Shown: in pieces, positions 57,080 to 64,000 of the stretch | Position numbering within the stretch: the first letter of the stretch is position 1 | Layout of the letters: every line of letters starts with the position of its first letter | NCBI GenBank assembly: GCA_965214605.1 | Contig: OZ243961.1 | Coordinates: forward strand, 3,392,001 to 3,456,000 | Source: an uncultured Candidatus Binatia bacterium | GTDB taxonomy: Bacteria > Desulfobacterota > Binatia > Bin18 | DNA: 64,000 nt | Direction of reading: 5' to 3' | Translations under genes and position numbers: made by a program | The notes under the pieces: model-generated | Databases searched by the model: none | The model's input: only the letters and a program-made list of their open reading frames with translations | Told to the model about the DNA's origin: nothing

Positions 57080-59155
57080 ATGGCTGATGACATCCGCCGT
57101 ATTCGTACTATTGGTCTCTTGGCTGAGGGGGGAGCAGGGAAAACGACCCTGGCTGAAGCGCTGCTGTACGCCGCCGGCGCCACGACCCGCCAGGGCCGGG
57201 TCGATGACGGCAACTCACTGTTCGATTTCGAGCCTGAGGAGATCCGCCGCAAAGCCTCACTGTCCACTGCTCCCCATTCCATCAGCTGGCAGCGCCACGA
57301 TGTCTGCCTCCTCGATCCGCCCGGTATGGCCAACTTTTTGTCTGATACGCGCTATGCCATGGAAGCCATGACCGGGGCGGTGTTTGTAACGAGTCCGACC
57401 GGTCAGCTCAAGGTCGAGAGTGAACGCGTGTGGGACTGGGCGAATCTGTTGCAGCTGCCCCGTTTGGTATGTCTCTCGCGTATGGACCGTGAAGAGGGTA
57501 GTTTGGACACCGCCCTCGGTGGACTGCGCGACACCCTCGAAGGCCAGTTTGTGCCAGTGCAGATCCCGATTGCCTCCCAAGCTGACTTCAGAGGCGTTGT
57601 CGACCTGCTAACGATGAAGGCTCTCCTGTTTAGTGGGGATAATGGGGCGGTTGAAGAGCAGGCGATTCCTGACGAGTTGCAGGCTGAGGCGGACGCCCGG
57701 CGGGAGCAGCTAGTTGAGGCGATTGCCGAACTTGACGACGACTTACTCAACCGCTACCTCGAAGGCGAGGACATCACGACCGGTGAACTCAAAGTGGGCT
57801 TAAGCAAAGCCGTTGCCGCCCTCCAGCTCTTTCCCGTGTTGTGCGTGTCAGGTGGACAGTGCGCCGGTGTCCAGCCCTTGCTCGACGCCATGGTCGGCTA
57901 TCTGCCCTCGCCCGATCAGGGGCCTGCGGTTGCCGGCAAACATCCAAAAAGCCAAGAAGATGAAGAGCGGCTGCCCGACCCGGCCGCTTCGTTTTCGGCT
58001 CGTGTATTCAAAACGCTTGACTCACCAACCGGCCGCCTCTCCCTGATGCGGGTGTGTTCGGGCACGCTCACGAGTGACTCGGTGGTGTATAATTCGAGCC
58101 GTGATGTCAGGGAGCGACTCGGCCAGCTGTTTCGTCTGGACGGGAAAAAACAACAGCCCGTGGCGTCGGCCTTGCCCGGTGAGGTGGTTGCCGTGGCCAA
58201 GCTCAAGGAGACCCACACCGGGGACACCCTGTGCGACGAGAAATCGCCGATTGTTCTCCCGCCGATGGTGGGGTTTTCCCCCTCTATTTCTTTTGCTCTC
58301 GGTCTCAAAGCCCGTGGCGACGAAGAAAAGATCCTGTCTTCCCTCAACCGCTTGGCCGAGGAAGACATGGCCCTGAAAGTCGACCGTGATTCCCAGTCGA
58401 ACGATATTCTGATTTCCGGAGCCGGCCAACTCCACATTGAGGTCGTCGTGGAGAAGCTCAAGCGGCGCTACGGGGTCGAGGTTGAGCTCAAAGCCCCCAA
58501 AGTGCCGTACCGCGAAACCATTAACGGGACTGCCGAGGCTCAGGGTCGGCTGAAAAAACAGTCGGGTGGACGTGGGCAGTTTGGTGACACCTGGATCAGG
58601 CTGGAACCCCTGCCGCGTGGTGCCGGATTTGAATTTGTCGATCAGATTCGCGGCGGTGCGATCCCGCGCCAATACATCCCGTCGGTGGAAAAAGGGGCAA
58701 TTGGCGCCTTAGCCAAAGGGTTTGTGGCCAACTATCCCATTGTCGATGTCAAGGTGACGCTGTACGATGGTTCGTACCATGAGGTGGATTCGTCCGATAT
58801 GGCCTTTCAGATTGCCGCTTCGATCGGCATTCAGAACGCCCTAGAAAAGGCCAAGCCGGTTATTCTGGAACCGATCATGCAAATGGAGATCACCGCTCCT
58901 GAGGAGTATACCGGCGACATTACGGGCGACCTGAACCGTCGCCGGGGACGGTTGAACAACGTGGATGCCAAAGGCAACAATCAGGTCATTCAAGCCTCCG
59001 TACCGATGTCCGAGATTCTGTCCTACGCGCCAGACCTACGGTCGATGACCAGTGGCCGAGGGACCTTTGAGATGGCGTTTTCGCACTACGAAGAACTCCC
59101 CCACCATCTGACCGAGAAGATTGTCCAGGAGTCCAAGCAGGCCCAAGAAGAATAG
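57080..59155 (+). CDS. Elongation factor G paralog (EF-G2) with degenerate GTPase motifs
   Basis: All five EF-G domains (PKVPYRETI, KKQSGGRGQ, GSYHEVDSS, LRSMTSGRG); not in an rpsL-rpsG-tuf context. Confidence 0.92.
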   Translation: MADDIRRIRTIGLLAEGGAGKTTLAEALLYAAGATTRQGRVDDGNSLFDFEPEEIRRKASLSTAPHSISWQRHDVCLLDPPGMANFLSDTRYAMEAMTGAVFVTSPTGQLKVESERVWDWANLLQLPRLVCLSRMDREEGSLDTALGGLRDTLEGQFVPVQIPIASQADFRGVVDLLTMKALLFSGDNGAVEEQAIPDELQAEADARREQLVEAIAELDDDLLNRYLEGEDITTGELKVGLSKAVAALQLFPVLCVSGGQCAGVQPLLDAMVGYLPSPDQGPAVAGKHPKSQEDEERLPDPAASFSARVFKTLDSPTGRLSLMRVCSGTLTSDSVVYNSSRDVRERLGQLFRLDGKKQQPVASALPGEVVAVAKLKETHTGDTLCDEKSPIVLPPMVGFSPSISFALGLKARGDEEKILSSLNRLAEEDMALKVDRDSQSNDILISGAGQLHIEVVVEKLKRRYGVEVELKAPKVPYRETINGTAEAQGRLKKQSGGRGQFGDTWIRLEPLPRGAGFEFVDQIRGGAIPRQYIPSVEKGAIGALAKGFVANYPIVDVKVTLYDGSYHEVDSSDMAFQIAASIGIQNALEKAKPVILEPIMQMEITAPEEYTGDITGDLNRRRGRLNNVDAKGNNQVIQASVPMSEILSYAPDLRSMTSGRGTFEMAFSHYEELPHHLTEKIVQESKQAQEE

Positions 59156-59167
59156 CCAGATGTGACG

Positions 59168-59197
59168 TTGACAAGCCAAGTCTGCCTGTATTACAGT
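59168..59197 (+). promoter_or_regulatory. Sigma70-like promoter of the DUF465-ilvN operon
   Basis: TTGACA-18 bp-TACAGT. Confidence 0.5.
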
Positions 59198-59229
59198 CGG
59201 CACGTTGCCTAATGCTCAGGAGGGCCCGT

Positions 59230-59463
59230 ATGGAAGTCAAAGAAGAAGAGTTGATTCGCTCGTTGATCGCTACCGATCCCGAGCTGCGTCAATGCTACGA
59301 AGAACACCAGCAGCTTAAGCAACGCCTTGAGCTACTCCGCCAACAATCCCACCTCACCGAACAGGAGGAGCTTGAGGAGAAACGGATTCAAAAACAAAAA
59401 CTAGCTGGCAAAGACCGGATCATGCAGATTCTGGCCCGCTACCGGCAACAGACCGCAGCATAA
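59230..59463 (+). CDS. DUF465/YdcH family protein
   Basis: EEHQQL...QKQKLAGKDRI pattern; usual position before ilv genes. Confidence 0.85.
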   Translation: MEVKEEELIRSLIATDPELRQCYEEHQQLKQRLELLRQQSHLTEQEELEEKRIQKQKLAGKDRIMQILARYRQQTAA

Positions 59464-59569
59464 AAAAGCGCCGCGCTTTCTCTTTCCAGATGAGTCTTTT
59501 CACGAGGGGCGCGGCAGTCGCGCGCCCCTCATTTCTCCCCGCCGCGGCGCCCCGTGCGTTGAAAATTCC

Positions 59570-60121
59570 ATGCGCCACACCATCTCCATACTTGTCGAAA
59601 ACGAAGCCGGCGTCCTAGCTCGGGTGGCTGGTTTGTTTAGCGGCCGTAATTTCAATATCAGCAGTCTGTGTGTCGCCGAGACGACCGATGATACCGTCTC
59701 CAGGATTACCCTAGTCACCGAGGGTGACGATAAGATTGTCGAGCAGATTACCAAGCAGCTGCATAAGCTGATCTGCGTCATCAAAGTGGTCGATTTTCAG
59801 GAAAGCCCGCACGTCGAGCGTGAGATGGCACTCATTAAGGTGGCCTCGGATGAGCGGGTGCGCAGCGAGGTGCTCAACATCGTCAATATTTTCCGGGCCA
59901 AGGTCATTGATGCGGGCCCTCGTTCCTATGTCATTGAGGTGACCGGAGATGAGGGCAAGATAACGGCCATCTTAGAACTGCTCAGACCGCTCGGCGTCCG
60001 AGAAGTAGTTCGCACCGGTAAAGTCGCTATCCAGCGTGGCGTGCAAGTGCTGTCGGCCACAAACGAGAGCGAGACGCTAGAACTTAGCAAGAGAAAAATC
60101 CACAAGGAGAAGGCAGCATGA
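59570..60121 (+). CDS. ilvN: Acetolactate synthase small subunit
   Basis: Motifs [34 protein letters not shown] and EVVRTG. Confidence 0.96.
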   Translation: MRHTISILVENEAGVLARVAGLFSGRNFNISSLCVAETTDDTVSRITLVTEGDDKIVEQITKQLHKLICVIKVVDFQESPHVEREMALIKVASDERVRSEVLNIVNIFRAKVIDAGPRSYVIEVTGDEGKITAILELLRPLGVREVVRTGKVAIQRGVQVLSATNESETLELSKRKIHKEKAA

Positions 60122-61134
60122 ATATCTACTACGATAAAGACGCCGATCTGTCCCTGCTCAAAGACAAGAAGATTGCAATTGTTGGTTACGGCAGCCAAGG
60201 ACACGCCCACGCGCTCAATCTTCGTGACAGCGGCATGGACGTCCGGATTGCCTTGAAGCCAGGGAGCGGCTCGTGGCCCAAGGCGGAAAACGCCGGTTTT
60301 CTAGTCCAGGAAGTCGCCCGCGCGGCCAAAGAGGCCGACATCATTATGATCCTGACCCCGGATGAGGTTGCCAGTGAAATATATGAGGCCGATATCAACG
60401 ACGGGCTGCGGCCGGGCACCTACCTCGCCTGTGCCCATGGCTTCAACATTCATTTCGCAAAGATTGTCCCGCCGGCCGACGTAAATGTCTTTATGGTCGC
60501 GCCAAAAGGGCCGGGCCATTTGCTGCGCAGCGAGTTTGAAAAAGGCCAGGGGGTGCCTTGCCTTATCGCCATTGCCCAGAACCCGTCGGGCAATACCAAA
60601 GATGTCGCCCTGGCCTACGCCTCGGCTATTGGCGGTGGCCGGGCGGCTATTTTAGAGACATCTTTCAAAGAAGAGACCGAGACCGATCTCTTTGGTGAAC
60701 AAACCGTGCTGTGTGGCGGCGTCACCGAACTCATGCGGGCCGGGTTTGAGACGTTGGTCGATGCCGGTTATGCTCCGGAGATGGCCTTCTTTGAGTGCAT
60801 TCACGAAATGAAACTGATCGTCGACCTAATCTATGAGGGCGGGATCACCAATATGCGCTACTCGGTCAGCAATACCGCCGAATACGGTGACATGACCCGT
60901 GGGAAGCGGGTCATTGGCGAAGACACACGCGCGGCTATGAAGGCGATCTTAGCTGATATCCAGTCCGGCAGATTTGCCGACGAATGGATTGCCGAGCATC
61001 GCTCCGGCTCGCCAAACTTCACCGCGCTACGGGAGGCGGCCAAGGGGCACCAATCCGAGGTGGTCGGTGCCCATCTACGGAACATGATGCCGTGGATGCA
61101 GCAGAACCGTCTGGTTGATAAAGCGAGAAATTAG
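60118..61134 (+). CDS. ilvC: Ketol-acid reductoisomerase
   Basis: Motifs [27 protein letters not shown] and SNTAEYG. Confidence 0.97.
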   Translation: MNIYYDKDADLSLLKDKKIAIVGYGSQGHAHALNLRDSGMDVRIALKPGSGSWPKAENAGFLVQEVARAAKEADIIMILTPDEVASEIYEADINDGLRPGTYLACAHGFNIHFAKIVPPADVNVFMVAPKGPGHLLRSEFEKGQGVPCLIAIAQNPSGNTKDVALAYASAIGGGRAAILETSFKEETETDLFGEQTVLCGGVTELMRAGFETLVDAGYAPEMAFFECIHEMKLIVDLIYEGGITNMRYSVSNTAEYGDMTRGKRVIGEDTRAAMKAILADIQSGRFADEWIAEHRSGSPNFTALREAAKGHQSEVVGAHLRNMMPWMQQNRLVDKARN

Positions 61135-61196
61135 GGATGGAGTGCTGGGCGTGAGACGGCAAACGCCTCATGCCTCCTCTACCCCACGCCTGACAT

Positions 61197-61847
61197 ATGC
61201 ACTTCGCACCACAAGGATATCCCTGGATCTTCGGCCTTGGCACGACGTCGCTTTTCCTCGGCCTGCTCGATTTTCGCACTCCCAGCCTGGGTGTCTTCTT
61301 TCTGTGCCTGTTTGTCGCCTATTTCTTTCGTGATCCGGACCGTACGCCTCCCGAAGGCCAGCACCTCATCCTAGCACCTGCCGACGGGAAGGTCGTGACT
61401 ATCGAGCAACCGTGCCACGATCCCCGTTTTTTGCGGGCTCCGACAACCCGAGTGGGTATTTTTATGTCTCCTCTAGACGTGCATGTGAATCGGCTATCGG
61501 TGTCGGGTCAGATTGAGGCAGTTCGCTATCAGCCCGGAAAATTCCGCCCGGCCTTTGCCGAAGAGGCAACTGAGGTCAACGAGCAGAATGTTGTGACCAT
61601 CCAAGACGAGCAGGGATACAGAATCGCCCTGGTTCAGATTGCCGGTCTCTTGGCCCGACGGATCGTGTGTCGGCTGAAAGGCGGTGAGCGGGTGGAACAA
61701 GGCGCACGATATGGCATGATTATGTTCGGCTCTCGGGTCGATGTGTACTGTCCGGCCCAGGTCGATCTCAGGGTTGAGGTTGGACAGCGGGTGAAGGCCG
61801 GTGAGACGATTCTGGCGACTTATCTCCCGGCCCCAGTGAAGACGTGA
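61197..61847 (+). CDS. psd: Phosphatidylserine decarboxylase (short type)
   Basis: Motifs FFRDPDR, APADG, HVNR and the FGS cleavage site. Confidence 0.93.
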   Translation: MHFAPQGYPWIFGLGTTSLFLGLLDFRTPSLGVFFLCLFVAYFFRDPDRTPPEGQHLILAPADGKVVTIEQPCHDPRFLRAPTTRVGIFMSPLDVHVNRLSVSGQIEAVRYQPGKFRPAFAEEATEVNEQNVVTIQDEQGYRIALVQIAGLLARRIVCRLKGGERVEQGARYGMIMFGSRVDVYCPAQVDLRVEVGQRVKAGETILATYLPAPVKT

Positions 61848-61860
61848 GAAGCGAGACGGT

Positions 61861-62715
61861 ATGCCTCCCGGAAACCCTCAGACAAAGATCCGTTCCCTTC
61901 CGAAGCGGCGCAAAATAAGCCCTCCGCTGCGGAAAGGGGTCTATCTACTGCCCAACCTGTTTACCACCGGTGGGCTGTTCTGCGGCTTCTACGCCATCAT
62001 TGCCACGCTGGGCGAGAACTATGTATTTGCCGCGATTGCGGTGCTGATTGCCATGGTCTTTGATGGGCTTGATGGTCGTATCGCCCGGCTGACCAAGACC
62101 TCGAGCAAATTCGGCGTTGAGTATGACTCGTTGGCCGATCTGGTTGCTTTCGGGGTGGCGCCCGGCGTTCTGGCCTACTGTTGGGCGCTTGAGCCGTGGC
62201 AGGCCTGGGGCTGGCTTGCCGCCGCGCTGTACGTCACGTGCGGAGCGCTGCGGCTGGCCCGGTTTAATGTCAAATCTGAAGCGACGGATAAAACCCATTT
62301 TATCGGCCTACCGATTCCTGCTGCTTCGGCGGTAGTGGCAACGACCGTTCTGCTGGATGATTTTCTGGGTGGAGAATGGGGAACTGCCAAGCATATTACC
62401 CTGCTGTTGTTGGTCTATACCCTAGCCGGTCTGATGGTCAGCAATATTCGTTACTATAGTTTTAAAGAACTCAATCTTCGTGACCGTCAGCCTTTCTGGT
62501 TACTGTTGCTGTCCATTATTGGCATTCAAGTGACGATCGCCCAACCACACCTCATGCTGTTCAGCTTTTTTTGGTGCTACGCCCTCTCCGGGCCTGTCCG
62601 GCTCATGGTCCGGCTCATCAGACCTGATGTGGCAAAAAAGACCCCACTAGCTCCCCCCCCTGAAAACGTCCGCCCCCTGCAGACGCTTGACACGGACAAG
62701 GAAGGTCCGTTATAG
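61861..62715 (+). CDS. pssA: CDP-diacylglycerol--serine O-phosphatidyltransferase
   Basis: DGLDGRIAR...FGVEYDSLAD and RLARFN. Confidence 0.95.
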   Translation: MPPGNPQTKIRSLPKRRKISPPLRKGVYLLPNLFTTGGLFCGFYAIIATLGENYVFAAIAVLIAMVFDGLDGRIARLTKTSSKFGVEYDSLADLVAFGVAPGVLAYCWALEPWQAWGWLAAALYVTCGALRLARFNVKSEATDKTHFIGLPIPAASAVVATTVLLDDFLGGEWGTAKHITLLLLVYTLAGLMVSNIRYYSFKELNLRDRQPFWLLLLSIIGIQVTIAQPHLMLFSFFWCYALSGPVRLMVRLIRPDVAKKTPLAPPPENVRPLQTLDTDKEGPL

Positions 62716-62753
62716 GTAGGAGGGAAAACAAAGTCTGTAACAGGATGACTGTG

Positions 62754-62858
62754 ATGACGCACCACGTGACTCTTGGGCTATTCGGGGAGCTGGGGCGCGG
62801 CCTGCTGCTAAGCCTGCTGCTTAGCACCCCGCCTGCTGGTTCCAAGAGACACGCCTAA
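62754..62858 (+). CDS. Leucine attenuator leader peptide (34 aa)
   Basis: MTHHVTLGLFGELGRGLLLSLLLSTPPAGSKRHA*, 9 Leu; promoter-like TTGACA-18-TATAGG at 62687-62716. Confidence 0.8.
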   Translation: MTHHVTLGLFGELGRGLLLSLLLSTPPAGSKRHA

Positions 62859-62912
62859 AAAACAAGAACTCTAAGGGGCCATGGGCGGGATTTTCAGCCT
62901 GTGGTCTTTGTC

Positions 62913-62947
62913 AAAAGGGCTGCGGGGTACCTCGTAGCCCTTTTTTT
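62913..62947 (+). terminator. Attenuator terminator upstream of leuA
   Basis: GGGCTGCGGG-GTAC-CTCGTAGCCC followed by T7. Confidence 0.85.
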
Positions 62948-62969
62948 ATGACGTTGAAGGAGGACGGAT

Positions 62970-64000
62970 ATGGAACGGGAAATTGTCCAGATTTTTGACA
63001 CCACACTACGCGACGGTGAGCAGTCGCCTGGCGCTACCATGAACATCGAGGAGAAGGTCATGGTGGCCCGTCAGCTTGAGAAGCTCAACGTTGATGTGGT
63101 CGAAGCTGGGTTTGCCGCTTCGTCAGAGGGCGATTTTGAGTCGGTCAGACGGGTCGCCGAACTGATGCCGACGCCAATTGTGCTGAGTCTGTCGCGCACC
63201 AAGGAAGACGATATCCGGCGTTCGATTCAGGCGGTGGAACGCGCTAAAAACCCCGGTATCCATATTTTTATCGCGACTTCGGATATTCACCTTGACCACA
63301 AGCTGATGATGAGCCGCCAAGAGGCGCTCGACGCCTCGGTCTGGGCGGTGAGCTACGCAAAAAAATATCTCGATTATGTTGAATTTTCGGCTGAGGATGC
63401 ATCTCGGACCGATCCCAATTATCTGGTCGAGATTTTTGGCGAGGTCATCAGAGCCGGCGCGGTTACCATCAACGTGCCGGATACCACGGGCTATGCGGTG
63501 CCGGAGCAGTATGGCCAACTCTTTACCTTTCTGCGCGAGAACGTGCCCGACGGACAGACGGTCAAGTGGAGCGCCCATTGCCACAATGATCTAGGTCTGG
63601 CGGTGGCCAACTCGCTGTCCGCCATTGAACATGGCGCCCGTCAGGTCGAGTGCACGATCAACGGCATTGGTGAACGCGCCGGGAATACCTCAATGGAAGA
63701 AGTGGTAATGGCGCTCAGAACACGCCAGGACATCTTTGATAATGTGACAACCTGCGTCGTCACCGAGCAGATTTATCCGTCCAGCCAGCTGCTATCACAG
63801 ATTACGGGTATCTCGGTTCCCCTCAACAAGCCGGTGGTCGGTGCTAACGCGTTTGCCCATGAGGCTGGCATTCATCAGGACGGGGTACTGAAAAACAAAC
63901 TGACCTATGAGATCATGCAGCCCCAGACCATTGGTTTGGCCAGCAATAAGCTGGTCCTGGGCAAACATTCTGGCCGCCACGCGTTTGTCGATCGGTTGAA
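62970..64000 (+). CDS. leuA: 2-isopropylmalate synthase (3' end beyond window)
   Basis: Hand translation: IFDTTLRDGEQSPG, HCHNDLG, GERAGN and HEAGIHQDG; RBS AAGGAGG. Confidence 0.96.
   Translation, partial: MEREIVQIFDTTLRDGEQSPGATMNIEEKVMVARQLEKLNVDVVEAGFAASSEGDFESVRRVAELMPTPIVLSLSRTKEDDIRRSIQAVERAKNPGIHIFIATSDIHLDHKLMMSRQEALDASVWAVSYAKKYLDYVEFSAEDASRTDPNYLVEIFGEVIRAGAVTINVPDTTGYAVPEQYGQLFTFLRENVPDGQTVKWSAHCHNDLGLAVANSLSAIEHGARQVECTINGIGERAGNTSMEEVVMALRTRQDIFDNVTTCVVTEQIYPSSQLLSQITGISVPLNKPVVGANAFAHEAGIHQDGVLKNKLTYEIMQPQTIGLASNKLVLGKHSGRHAFVDRL

Overview
GC-rich bacterial chromosome segment, mostly housekeeping and envelope genes. The gene content (DUF1302/DUF1329, Gld-like ABC transporter, DUF465-ilvN-ilvC-psd-pssA-leuA order, LarA-like and AMACR-like enzymes) suggests a deltaproteobacterial-like lineage such as Ca. 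Binatia; this is an inference. From left to right: (1) a minus-strand envelope cluster of DsbA, DUF1329, GldA/F/G-like ABC, DUF4340, a lipoprotein and DUF1302 (the last runs off the left edge and is missing from the ORF track), with skp divergent; (2) acnA, rmlC, four tRNAs around gltX, prkA-yeaH-spoVR, htpG-ispF; (3) an atypical thrS in an operon with peptidoglycan-recycling genes, then a CDF transporter, SDR, Slt and copA; (4) two gene-poor tracts of about 1.2-1.4 kb, LarA-like, nitroreductase, twin cyclophilins, a hydantoinase-cupin-amidase trio, truA, AMACR, a TonB receptor and tRNA-Leu; (5) valS-nadC-birA-coaX-EF-G2 and the ilv/leu block with a clear leucine attenuator. I found no intact mobile element, CRISPR array or rRNA. 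The most unusual signal is a strand-specific array of 10 AGGAG (Shine-Dalgarno/CsrA-like) motifs, several separated by hairpins, upstream of the DUF1302 gene. That gene sits in a DUF1302/DUF1329 locus where a Gld-type ABC transporter lies between the two partners. All calls come from reading motifs by eye; no searches were run.
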